DNA from: a virus
Lineage: Duplodnaviria > Caudoviricetes
IMG/VR virus record: IMGVR_UViG_2811995254_000001
Span: 11,803-75,802 of that record
DNA length: 64,000 bases
Direction: 5' to 3' (one strand)
A program made the translations under genes and the position numbers. Shown piece by piece: positions 1-8,889 of this stretch. The notes under the pieces are model-generated. The model saw nothing but the letters and a program-made list of their open reading frames with translations. It had not been told where the DNA came from and ran no database searches. Each line of letters starts with the position of its first letter. Within the stretch, counting starts at the first letter, position 1.

Positions 1-2
1 AA

Positions 3-485
3 AATGTAACAAATATTTGGTTTCATTTTGATAATGAATCGAAATTTGACGATTTAGTAAAATTTACAGATGGAGCTGTATTCAAGGATTCTATTGGATA
101 CTGCCTTAGATATGGAAATAAGATTGGATATTTTAATATTGGTGATTATATAGGAAAAAGAGAAGATGGATCTCTACTTGTTCTATGTGCTCAGTTTAGA
201 TCAAATATAAATGAAGTAGGCATTTTTCCCATTATGCACGTACAAATTCCTGAAATTAAATGTCACTCTTTTATAAAAGAACATTGGATAAATAAATTTG
301 ATTATTTCCCTGATCTTTTAAACAAACCAAAACGAATCCGCACTCAAGATGAATTAGACAACGAACGTTTAACTGAAATTGTTGACGCGATTGTACGTTA
401 TAGAAAATCAGAAATGGCTGTTCCTACTGAATGGATTCAAGAATACAATACGATAATTGAAAGAATTAAAAATAACACTAAATAA
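3..485 (+). CDS. 5'-truncated phage protein; C-terminal small helical domain (R..EI..AI.RY.....VP.EWIQEYN), possible anti-defence sponge
   Basis: The frame of listed ORF 234..485 stays open back to position 3, so the true start is left of the window; domain identity is from recall only. Confidence 0.55.
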   Translation, partial: NVTNIWFHFDNESKFDDLVKFTDGAVFKDSIGYCLRYGNKIGYFNIGDYIGKREDGSLLVLCAQFRSNINEVGIFPIMHVQIPEIKCHSFIKEHWINKFDYFPDLLNKPKRIRTQDELDNERLTEIVDAIVRYRKSEMAVPTEWIQEYNTIIERIKNNTK

Positions 486-492
486 AATTGCT

Positions 493-906
493 ATGTCAGA
501 TTTTAAAACACGTTTAGAAAACGAAGTAAAAGAAGAAACAGAAAAGTTAGGTAAATTAAAAGCGTTTCTTGAAAGCGAAAAAGTAAAAGAATTGGATAAT
601 GAAATGCAATGCTTGATGTGTGAACAGTATCATTATCAAAAAGGATATGTGAAGGTAATTAAGAAGCGATTAGATATCCTCGAAGACAAGGCTCAATCAG
701 GTACCGAAACTCTTGGTATGAAACGTGTAGGATTGAAATTTAATCCTTCTGGACATGTAAATGTTCATGTTGCAAAAACCATTCAAGCCGATTTTATTGA
801 TTTTGCAGAGTTTTTAAAATCACATGGTGTCGATCAAAGATGTGCTTCTATTGCGCAAACTGAAGCAGAAACAGCAGCAATGTATTTAGTAAAATCCAAT
901 TTCTAG
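493..906 (+). CDS. Two-domain putative anti-defence sponge: crAss001_48/Sequestin-like N-domain plus Acb2/Tad1-like helical hairpin C-domain
   Basis: ATG at 493 (MSDFKTRL). N-domain RL..E..E..EKL.KL..FL...Q...Y..V...RL; C-domain RVGLKFNPSG...RCASIAQTEAETAAMYLVKS. Confidence 0.65.
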   Translation: MSDFKTRLENEVKEETEKLGKLKAFLESEKVKELDNEMQCLMCEQYHYQKGYVKVIKKRLDILEDKAQSGTETLGMKRVGLKFNPSGHVNVHVAKTIQADFIDFAEFLKSHGVDQRCASIAQTEAETAAMYLVKSNF

Positions 907-1015
907 CTATGAAAAAGGGAATCGATGAATTAAGTGATAATTTGATTTTTGAAGATGTAATAATCGGATTGAAAGACTACGATGGTATTTAACCTGTAAT
1001 ATTAGTTGTGTTGTT

Positions 1016-1050
1016 AAAGGCTGGTTTCTCGTAAGCCAGCTTTTTTATTT
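1016..1050 (+). terminator. Intrinsic terminator
   Basis: GCTGGTTT/AAGCCAGC stem followed by TTTTTTATTT. Confidence 0.7.
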
Positions 1051-1059
1051 TGAAATGTT

Positions 1060-1257
1060 ATGAACGAGAAAGATTTAAAGAAAATAGAAAAACACTTTGC
1101 CAAGGCCAAAGCAATTCACTGTTTGAAGCTAAACAAAGAAGTAAACGTAAGCAACGTTCCTCGATTGCAGTATAATCCGGATGAAGATACAGTAACAAGT
1201 CCTTCCGGTATTATTTGCTTTTGGAAACAGGGCGAGTTTGCGAGAATCATTAAGTAA
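1060..1257 (+). CDS. Hypothetical phage protein
   Basis: 65-aa ORF co-oriented with neighbours. Confidence 0.6.
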   Translation: MNEKDLKKIEKHFAKAKAIHCLKLNKEVNVSNVPRLQYNPDEDTVTSPSGIICFWKQGEFARIIK

Positions 1258-1277
1258 CCTATTAAATTTAATAAAGC

Positions 1278-1532
1278 ATGCAGTTATTAGGACATAGAAT
1301 TTTATGCACTCGCATAGTTGAAGAAAAACAAACCACAAGCGGTTTAATCTTACCCACAAACTACCAAAGTGAAGATGAATACAAGGTGGTTGATATAGGG
1401 GTAAAAGTGAAACACATCAAACCAGGTGATCGCGTTAGGAAGTTTAAATATTCGGATGGATTACAAGTTGTAGATGATGGAGTCGAATATCTTGTCTTGA
1501 GTGAAAAGGATGATGTTGAGTTGATTGTATAA
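1278..1532 (+). CDS. GroES-like co-chaperonin (Cpn10)
   Basis: LLGHRIL...EKQTTSGLILP...VVDIG..VKHIKPGDRV...GVEYLVLSEKD. Confidence 0.85.
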   Translation: MQLLGHRILCTRIVEEKQTTSGLILPTNYQSEDEYKVVDIGVKVKHIKPGDRVRKFKYSDGLQVVDDGVEYLVLSEKDDVELIV

Positions 1533-1582
1533 CAAAAAAAAAGGCCCCTAACCGGTTAGCCTTTTTGTAAAATAAAATTCAA

Positions 1583-1882
1583 TTATGCGATATAAAGAAG
1601 CCCTTTATCCGCATGGTAGCATACTGCGACAAATCCGTTTCTACCATTTCCCCCAATTTTGTAATAATACCTGTCTGGGGATCCAGCTCTTCCTACCCAT
1701 TCTCTGAACAAGGAAGAAAAAAAACTTTTTAAAACTGAGAAGAATAAACTTCTTGAAATTTTTAAAGTCATAATATGAATGTGTCCTTGGATTAATATTC
1801 CAACGTTATTGTTAGAACCTGACAAGGTACAGAATTGCATTAAATATACGACTTTTGTTTTTGTAATACTAATTTTCTTCAT
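1583..1882 (-). CDS. Hypothetical protein
   Basis: ORF overlapping the end of 1869..2522; no recognisable motif. Confidence 0.35.
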   Translation of the reverse strand: MKKISITKTKVVYLMQFCTLSGSNNNVGILIQGHIHIMTLKISRSLFFSVLKSFFSSLFREWVGRAGSPDRYYYKIGGNGRNGFVAVCYHADKGLLYIA

Positions 1883-2522
1883 TTATTAATTTCAGGTAGT
1901 CTTGTTCTGTATGTATTATACCTGGAGATATACCTACCTTACCATCGTAATTTTCACTAAACACTTTTAAAAATTGATAATATTTTATACCATGATTTGT
2001 GATATATGTTATTTTAAATTCATAATAAAGAGGAATATTGTCTTCTTTTAGTGGATTAAAGCTATACCCAAATATGTATTTACCGTTGTTTAATGCTAAA
2101 TTTTCTTTCATTACGCCCACACCACAATTTGCATTATCGACTGAAAAGGATTTCATATTACTGTTAGTATTTGTATTGTAAATAATAATTTTGTATTTAT
2201 ACCCCAATTCTCCAGATGTTATATACATATCTATTATTGGCAACATTAATAATTCAACTTTATTTCTGTCATTTAAAGATATTTCTTTTAGATATTCAGC
2301 AATATTTTTAAGTTCAGATATTTCATTTTGTTGATTAGTAACCATTGTAATTAAACTTTCAGAAGCCGAAACAAGGCTGTTTATTTGTTTCTGTTTATCT
2401 TTATCTTTTTTGAATAATAGTATAAATGCTATTATAGCGCCAGGAATTGAAATTACAGCAGCTATCCCTTGTAACATATCTGTCCAAGAAGGATTACCTA
2501 TATTTAAAAAATTTTCAAGCAT
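1869..2522 (-). CDS. Moron-like membrane-anchored protein
   Basis: N-terminal TM helix (IAAVISIPGAIIAFILLF) plus coiled coil; AT-rich, opposite orientation to upstream genes. Confidence 0.7.
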   Translation of the reverse strand: MLENFLNIGNPSWTDMLQGIAAVISIPGAIIAFILLFKKDKDKQKQINSLVSASESLITMVTNQQNEISELKNIAEYLKEISLNDRNKVELLMLPIIDMYITSGELGYKYKIIIYNTNTNSNMKSFSVDNANCGVGVMKENLALNNGKYIFGYSFNPLKEDNIPLYYEFKITYITNHGIKYYQFLKVFSENYDGKVGISPGIIHTEQDYLKLINEEN

Positions 2523-2603
2523 ATTGTGTTGTCAATATTGTGTAAATATATCACTTGTATTTAAAAGTACTAAATAAAAAATTTAATGATCCTTTATTTT
2601 TTG

Positions 2604-2637
2604 TTTGTGTTAATTAAGTTAAAATAAATTATATTTG
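2604..2637 (+). promoter_or_regulatory. Bacteroidota sigma70 promoter
   Basis: TTTG (2604) and TATATTTG (2630-2637) upstream of the ORF at 2695. Confidence 0.6.
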
Positions 2638-2694
2638 CTTTATTACGAAACGACAATATCCCTAGCTATTTTATTAAACTACTCCGTAAATTAA

Positions 2695-3342
2695 ATGGAA
2701 ATATCAGAATTAACATTAAAGCTAATAATACTTTTAACACCTGGTATTTTAGCAACTACCATATATAAGCGGCTGACAATTAGACATAAAGAACAATCAG
2801 ATTTTATGTTTGTTGTTATCTCAATCATGTTTGGTATGTTCTCTTATTTAATTCTTCAAATTTTTAATTATTTGATCTCTTCGATAAATAATTTTTGTTC
2901 CAAAAGTTTGGTAAAGTTTGAAACTATTAAAACTTTCTCCGATTTATCAAATGGAAACTCAATTCCATATTCAGAAGTAATTTTGGCATGTGTTATAAGT
3001 ATAATTTTAGGATTCTCAATTTCAAAGCTTGATCACTCGAAATTAATTAATACTTTAGCTAGAAAATGGAAAATTTCAAACAAATATGGTGATGAGAACT
3101 TATATTCATATTTCTTAAATTCTCCCGATATTAATTGGGTTTATGTTAGAGTAATTGAAAATTCAATAACTTATCTTGGTTGTGTTGAATCATTTTCTGA
3201 AACTCCAGATAATAAAGAAATTGTATTAGGTCAAGTAACAGTTTATACTTATCCTGACAGTAAAAAAATGTATGAAATAGATCGTATATACCTTGTGTTT
3301 CCTAAAGATAAAGTAATTATTGAACAAGCAAACCTTAAATAA
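2695..3342 (+). CDS. 3-TM membrane protein with C-terminal beta domain (DUF6338-like)
   Basis: LLTPG motif, three TM helices, WVYVR...YLG.V..FS....EIVL..V.VY. Confidence 0.7.
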   Translation: MEISELTLKLIILLTPGILATTIYKRLTIRHKEQSDFMFVVISIMFGMFSYLILQIFNYLISSINNFCSKSLVKFETIKTFSDLSNGNSIPYSEVILACVISIILGFSISKLDHSKLINTLARKWKISNKYGDENLYSYFLNSPDINWVYVRVIENSITYLGCVESFSETPDNKEIVLGQVTVYTYPDSKKMYEIDRIYLVFPKDKVIIEQANLK

Positions 3343-3343
3343 A

Positions 3344-3478
3344 ATGGCAAATAAAAGACCAGATTCGAGAAAACCTTTAACAGAAGGAACTGTGAAGAAT
3401 AATCAAATTAAATCAGATCCTAAAATTGAGAAAAAAGCTATTTTAAAACCACCGGCAGCTAAACCTAAAAAAAAATAA
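3344..3478 (+). CDS. 44-aa Lys/Pro-rich peptide (not in ORF track)
   Basis: ATG 1 nt after the upstream stop; MANKRPDSRKPLTEGTVKNNQIKSDPKIEKKAILKPPAAKPKKK. Confidence 0.6.
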   Translation: MANKRPDSRKPLTEGTVKNNQIKSDPKIEKKAILKPPAAKPKKK

Positions 3479-3508
3479 ATTCTTGTGTTATTAACTATAG
3501 TATAAACA

Positions 3509-4087
3509 TTACCTCACACGAGCCCAAAGCACTTTCACTGTTTTGGGCTTTTCTTTTTTATTGAGTTTCTCAATGATTTCTGATTTAATCAAATCGCTTT
3601 TAGAAGCTTCTTTTGAGTTGTAAAGTTCAATAGGTATATCTATCTCCCCAGCTAACATTTCGTGCATTTCTTGGCAAATCTGACGTGCTTTCACAGTCAT
3701 TGTATAAAGGTGCTCGTTTTTATTTTTGCCTTTAGCTGCACGCGAGACATATCCCATTCGGATTAAACTATCGATGTTCTTGTAGGTATATCGGATTTGG
3801 GCGATTTCTTTTAGATCGCCTGTCATGAAATAGTTTTTAGGAACCAAGTATAAAATGGTTTCGAGTAACGTAACGCTGATATCGTACTTTCGTTGTAAGG
3901 CATGACGCACATATCCAAAGTTCTCGAGTAGATCATAACCTTTGTAAATCCTCGCATACTGTAGCCTGGTATATACTTCCTTTTCTTGTCCTTTGTGAAA
4001 GGCTTCTACAATTTTTGTTTTATCATTCTCCATTCTTTTCTTAGCCAATGGAGGAAGTTTGAACATCAAATCTAATCGCTTGCTCAT
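3509..4087 (-). CDS. Winged-helix (MarR-like) DNA-binding protein at the end of the head operon
   Basis: LETILYL...DL...IDSLIRMGYVSR...LYTMTVKARQI wHTH pattern. Confidence 0.6.
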   Translation of the reverse strand: MSKRLDLMFKLPPLAKKRMENDKTKIVEAFHKGQEKEVYTRLQYARIYKGYDLLENFGYVRHALQRKYDISVTLLETILYLVPKNYFMTGDLKEIAQIRYTYKNIDSLIRMGYVSRAAKGKNKNEHLYTMTVKARQICQEMHEMLAGEIDIPIELYNSKEASKSDLIKSEIIEKLNKKEKPKTVKVLWARVR

Positions 4088-4090
4088 AGT

Positions 4091-4918
4091 TTAGAAATGT
4101 CTAATTATTTCGTACAATTTTATATTCAATCGGTCTAGTTTGGCTTGGTGAAGTGTTGTTTTGTACCTCAACAAGGCGCGTTGTTTTTCATTGGCAGGAA
4201 CATTTCTTCTTCTTTCAATACAGGCATAGTAAATCCAATTCTGAAGAGTCTCTTTTAAGTCCTTGTGAATGGTTATTTCTTCTTCGTTTAGTTCCGCTTG
4301 CAAACCGTCTGAGATATACTCGATAACTACTTCCTTGTCCATTAAATCGGAACTGAATAGTATCTTTCCTTTTCGTTCGTCGATTGCAAACTCACCGTAT
4401 TTTGAAACCTTACTTGTGTCTAAATATTTACCTTGACCACAACTACCCAAATCAGAAACTTTGTATCGCTTATACGGATGCGCATAGGCGTTAGAAGAAT
4501 CGGAAGTCAATATCATTCCGTTGTTATCAAACAACAAATCTCCTTTATGGTCTTGCAAATATCCGATTGCCGTATTTATGTTTCGGTTTTCATTTAGTGG
4601 TTGAAGCATAAATCCGTTTGTAATTGGATCTCGTGTAACTAAGGAGATACGAACCCAATTCACATAATCCTTTGGAACTACAACAACCAAGTTATCAGGT
4701 ACGGTAATTTCAAAAGCAAGAATATCGTTAGCTGCTTCTTGATTTAGGTTTCTGATTCCCTCTTTCGCGTATTGAATAAATCTAAAACGCGGAGTGTTCT
4801 TTAAATAACTATCATCATCTAATGATTCCGTTACCATATCGTTGATAACTTTACTTAAAGGCACATACTGATATGCTCCATGGCCATCTTTATTGTCTAT
4901 GTATTCTAAATCTGTCAT
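4091..4918 (-). CDS. Head-tail ring/adaptor structural protein
   Basis: VPKDYVNWVRIS and VVIEYISDG motifs typical of crAss-like ring proteins; position in operon. Confidence 0.7.
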   Translation of the reverse strand: MTDLEYIDNKDGHGAYQYVPLSKVINDMVTESLDDDSYLKNTPRFRFIQYAKEGIRNLNQEAANDILAFEITVPDNLVVVVPKDYVNWVRISLVTRDPITNGFMLQPLNENRNINTAIGYLQDHKGDLLFDNNGMILTSDSSNAYAHPYKRYKVSDLGSCGQGKYLDTSKVSKYGEFAIDERKGKILFSSDLMDKEVVIEYISDGLQAELNEEEITIHKDLKETLQNWIYYACIERRRNVPANEKQRALLRYKTTLHQAKLDRLNIKLYEIIRHF

Positions 4919-5607
4919 TAGCTTTGCATTTCTTGGTTGAACTCAATGTTTTGTTGTTGGGTCATTACTGCTTGTAGGTCTTGTTCTTTCAAGTTGATTC
5001 CCACCTTTTGTAATGTTTTAATAATTACGTTAGACACCTCGCTTTGGTGGATATCCAAATCTTGAAAATCATTAGCATCTGGGTTAAATACTTCTGTGCC
5101 ATTTACGACAAAATAAGTCCAATTAGGAACTTTCGGTTTTCTCAAATAACTTAGTACTGCTTCATTATAACCGTTTGGGTATACAACAATAGTGTTTGCA
5201 TCAATTTTATACCCTATTGGGTATGTTTTGTTTGCTGTGTTTTTAACTACTTGGAACTCTCTAAGGCTTTTTAATAACTCCACCCCTACCTCGTCTACAA
5301 ATACATCATCAAGGTACCTAACATCGCTAGGAAGCGTTATTTTGCTATCTAACAAGCTTACTTCTTTTGATTGTAAGTAATGGTTTATTTTATCCCTAAT
5401 CAAATCAGGGATATTATCTAATCCATTTCCAACTAATCCTTTGTTTTGACGATTGAGCATTCGGTTTAGTTCATAGAAATAGGATTCGTATATTTCTTCA
5501 ACTGTTGTGTTGATCAATAATCTAATATCTGATGGTTTTACATTACCACGGACTTCTGAATTCGCGATAGTTAAAACAGTTCGGTAAACTAAATCGATTA
5601 AATACAT
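4918..5607 (-). CDS. Tail tubular/ring protein
   Basis: VYRTVLTIAN...ITLPSDV.YL...YLRKPKVPNW; position in operon. Confidence 0.7.
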   Translation of the reverse strand: MYLIDLVYRTVLTIANSEVRGNVKPSDIRLLINTTVEEIYESYFYELNRMLNRQNKGLVGNGLDNIPDLIRDKINHYLQSKEVSLLDSKITLPSDVRYLDDVFVDEVGVELLKSLREFQVVKNTANKTYPIGYKIDANTIVVYPNGYNEAVLSYLRKPKVPNWTYFVVNGTEVFNPDANDFQDLDIHQSEVSNVIIKTLQKVGINLKEQDLQAVMTQQQNIEFNQEMQS

Positions 5608-5608
5608 A

Positions 5609-5655
5609 ATAAAAAAAATCTATCATCTTACTCAAAGATAATAGATTTTTACTAT
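5609..5655 (-). promoter_or_regulatory. Late promoter TATCTTTG flanked by two ATAR-N7-YTAT boxes
   Basis: -7 box at 5633-5640; palindromic boxes at 5641-5655 and 5609-5623. Confidence 0.7.
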
Positions 5656-5676
5656 ACTGTAGTTATTTAAAATAAA

Positions 5677-6381
5677 CTATTGTATTCCAATATTCGATTT
5701 AACCCAAATTTTAATAGCTTCTTTCACTCCTTCTTGAACCAAGATTCGCACAAGGTTCCCTCCTTCTTTAGTCATAAAACCAAACAATCTTGATATTTTT
5801 TTAGATATCGTCTTTTTAGTTGATTTATAAATAGTTTGCCTTATATCTTGAATTCGCTCTTCTATCTCTTCTACTACTTTAGGAGAACTTTGTTCAATAA
5901 TTTTCTCCTTATCTTTTTCTATTTTAGTTTGTATTTCAGTCAATAAAAACTCTATTTTCTCTATTTGATGTAAGGGATATGGGTTAATTTCAGCATCTTC
6001 ATCAATAATTTCGAAAGTATCATAATATTCTTCTGCAAATGATTCAACAATAGGGTCCTCTAAATCATCTATATATTTAAGTTGATTATACTTTGACATC
6101 ATAATCATCCAGCTTTCTAAACATTTCTTTAGATCAGAGATATCCATCCTTCTCTTATCTATTCCAATTATTGAATTTTCCTTAAAAGGTTTATAACTCA
6201 CTTCCAAAATGTGATTGCTGCCATTTATTTCTTCCTTTTCTATTTTAAAATAGAAATCTGAATTAGGATCTATATCTACAAATTTTACTATACCCTCTTT
6301 CTTAATAGTATAAATATCTTTTCCTCTGCTATAGTACTCTTGAAGTACTTCCAAAAGTTTGATGGATGTATTTTTTTTCAT
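5677..6381 (-). CDS. Moron of unknown function inside the head operon
   Basis: Preceded by a terminator (6410-6436) and followed by a re-start promoter for the next structural gene. Confidence 0.7.
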   Translation of the reverse strand: MKKNTSIKLLEVLQEYYSRGKDIYTIKKEGIVKFVDIDPNSDFYFKIEKEEINGSNHILEVSYKPFKENSIIGIDKRRMDISDLKKCLESWMIMMSKYNQLKYIDDLEDPIVESFAEEYYDTFEIIDEDAEINPYPLHQIEKIEFLLTEIQTKIEKDKEKIIEQSSPKVVEEIEERIQDIRQTIYKSTKKTISKKISRLFGFMTKEGGNLVRILVQEGVKEAIKIWVKSNIGIQ

Positions 6382-6409
6382 ATTACATTTATAATAAATG
6401 TAAATGTAT

Positions 6410-6436
6410 AAAAAAAAGCACCCTTTCGAGTGCTTT
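6410..6436 (-). terminator. Intrinsic terminator
   Basis: AAAGCAC/GTGCTTT stem with U-tract on the minus strand. Confidence 0.65.
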
Positions 6437-6439
6437 AGA

Positions 6440-7462
6440 TTATTCTTTAAGTTTTTTCAAGATCCACTCTAAATCTCCTTTCACAGTCGGCCCAGGTTCT
6501 TTATTAAACTTTTCAATGTACTTCGCTGTAGCTTCTTCCAAAGTCATTTCTACTTTATTAGTAGCTTCTGCTTGAGTAGATGGAGTGTTTATTTCATGAA
6601 CACTTCCTTTGTTAGCAGCTTCTAATTCAGCTCTCAACTTTGCAATTTCATCGTCTTTCGCTTGAAGTTCTTTTTCAGAAACTGTATTAACTGGGACAGA
6701 AGGAGTTTGTTCTTCTTGTTGAGTGCCAATACCTAGTTTTTGAGAAATAATCTGTAACATGTTGTAACTTTGCTCATTGTTTTGAGATAACAATCTTGCC
6801 AACTTCTCTACTCCAATTTCACCAGTACCCAATGTTAATATTAGGTTCTCAGTATCTGACCAAACCACAGCAGTATGTCCAAGATTTGTTTTTACAATCT
6901 TATCAATAAATGCTTTAGCAGCTATAAATTGAGATTCGTAATCCATACCTTCAATTTTAGAAATAACTTGTGTAGGATTACTAAAGGCTAATTCTTTTAA
7001 CTTAGCTATGGCCACAGTAGGTAAATAATGCATAGCATCTACACCTAATACAACGACACCTTTAGCTCTTACTTCTAAATCATTTGCTGACTCAATCAGT
7101 TTTAAAGCTTTCTCAATGTTGTTGTACTTAGATAAAGCCCTCTCACTTTCAATTTCTTCACTGAAGATTTCAAACTTTTTACCATAATGCGGATGTAACT
7201 TTAATAGGGTAATTAAGTTTACATCTGTATTAGGAACAGTTAATTCAGTTTTGTTTGTTGAAGGATTAAATTCAAAAGCGGGAATCAATTGTGGCTTTAA
7301 ATCTTTATTCTTGATATCTTCGACAAAGATAGAATCTTGACCTGGGTAGTATGCAGCAAATTTTAACCCAACTCCTTTTTTCTCAATCATTAAGCCATTT
7401 TGCTTAACACTCCAACTTGTAGGACTTCCTTTTAATAAAACGAATGTTGTTGTATTTGACAT
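6440..7462 (-). CDS. Conserved capsid-adjacent protein (crAss-like head module)
   Basis: Immediately downstream of the capsid gene; L.LHP motif. Confidence 0.6.
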   Translation of the reverse strand: MSNTTTFVLLKGSPTSWSVKQNGLMIEKKGVGLKFAAYYPGQDSIFVEDIKNKDLKPQLIPAFEFNPSTNKTELTVPNTDVNLITLLKLHPHYGKKFEIFSEEIESERALSKYNNIEKALKLIESANDLEVRAKGVVVLGVDAMHYLPTVAIAKLKELAFSNPTQVISKIEGMDYESQFIAAKAFIDKIVKTNLGHTAVVWSDTENLILTLGTGEIGVEKLARLLSQNNEQSYNMLQIISQKLGIGTQQEEQTPSVPVNTVSEKELQAKDDEIAKLRAELEAANKGSVHEINTPSTQAEATNKVEMTLEEATAKYIEKFNKEPGPTVKGDLEWILKKLKE

Positions 7463-7481
7463 GTTTTTATTTTTTACAGTT

Positions 7482-7516
7482 AAAAAAACAAGTAGGGAGA
7501 CTAACTCCCCACCTTT
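7482..7516 (-). terminator. Terminator after the major capsid gene
   Basis: GGTGGGGAG/CTCCCTACT stem with a T run on the minus strand. Confidence 0.65.
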
Positions 7517-7524
7517 ATTTTATA

Positions 7525-8886
7525 TTACAGATAGAAACTATCTGATTTTCTTCCCACAAAGAAGTTATTTGCAGCAGCAATATCTACAGTTCCCTCAGTC
7601 AAATAAGTAACGAAAGATTTATCATCCTCTACTTGTTGACCAAATTTACCAAAGAACTTAACCTCTTTTTCTCTGTTTACTAATTCGTTTTTACGGTAAC
7701 GTAATTCTAAGTATGACTTAGAAATTGTATTACCGTTTTCAGTTACATAAGTGTTTCCAGAAGGAACAGCTACATAGGCAAAAGATGTTTTATCAAAATT
7801 AGATGCACCTAATAATGTTGGATCATCTAAGATTGCCCAAGACACAAAATGGAATTGAACTCCATCAATGAAAATAGAAACGAAATCTAAATTCAAAGCC
7901 ATATCCTTACTGTTGTTGAATGCTCCATAATTAGATCCATTCACAAAAGAAGCATTGATACTAGATGCTAATTCTCTAATTTTAGCCATCTGTTCATGCC
8001 CCATCCATAAAGTAAGTTCACGACAAGTTCCTTGTTTCTTTAAACGTAAAGCTAAGTTTGATAAATCAGCTAATGATAATATGAAGTCATTAGATACATT
8101 TCCTCTTGATTCAATAATCGGGATAACCCCATTCATACCTTGAGCAAATCCAGCTTTAGTTGAAGCTGCATCATCATCTGCTCTTTCATGAGTTAAGAAT
8201 GTTAACTCATTCTTGTTATCATACAAAGTATTTGTACGTTCCATCTCAAGATTTACCCAACGAGGACCTTCTGGGGTATTAATCCATGTTTTGTGAGCCA
8301 AATCAGAATCAGCAATACCATAATACTCTTTAAAAATATGAGTATGGTTTGTGTAAATTGTAGGCTTCCAATGTTTGCCTTCTTTAAATCCTTTATCTCC
8401 CTTTAAGAAACGAGATGAAAAATCCGCATTTACTGTAACAGCAACAGTAGGAAAATCCCCCACAGCGTCATTTAATCCAATAAATTTCGTTTTGGAAATA
8501 ATTTGAGAAACAATTGCTTGATACTCATTTTCTCCATCAGAAATCTTCACGACATCGTTAACACGTAAGTTATGGGGCTTAGGGCAAGTAAACTCATTGT
8601 TTACAATCGTTACACCCGTAATAGAATTATGTAAACGATTCATTTCTGCATGTTGAATCATATCTGATTCATATCCACGACCTGTTGTTCCTGCAGTAGC
8701 ACGTAAAAACCCTAAGATAGATCCTTTACCATTAGCAAAAACAAGTTCTGGAATTAATTCAGGTTGATAGTGCATTGCGAAATCATACAAATTGATAAAG
8801 TTATATGGAGTAGCCACTAACTCATTATTTGTATTCTCATTAATAGACAACCCTGATAAGTTATTTATTTGTAATTGATAAGCCAT
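7525..8886 (-). CDS. Major capsid protein
   Basis: 453 aa after portal and scaffold; N...IFKE.Y, G..G.I..IESRGN, LDF...G..FH motifs; followed by a terminator. Confidence 0.85.
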   Translation of the reverse strand: MAYQLQINNLSGLSINENTNNELVATPYNFINLYDFAMHYQPELIPELVFANGKGSILGFLRATAGTTGRGYESDMIQHAEMNRLHNSITGVTIVNNEFTCPKPHNLRVNDVVKISDGENEYQAIVSQIISKTKFIGLNDAVGDFPTVAVTVNADFSSRFLKGDKGFKEGKHWKPTIYTNHTHIFKEYYGIADSDLAHKTWINTPEGPRWVNLEMERTNTLYDNKNELTFLTHERADDDAASTKAGFAQGMNGVIPIIESRGNVSNDFILSLADLSNLALRLKKQGTCRELTLWMGHEQMAKIRELASSINASFVNGSNYGAFNNSKDMALNLDFVSIFIDGVQFHFVSWAILDDPTLLGASNFDKTSFAYVAVPSGNTYVTENGNTISKSYLELRYRKNELVNREKEVKFFGKFGQQVEDDKSFVTYLTEGTVDIAAANNFFVGRKSDSFYL

Positions 8887-8889
8887 TTT

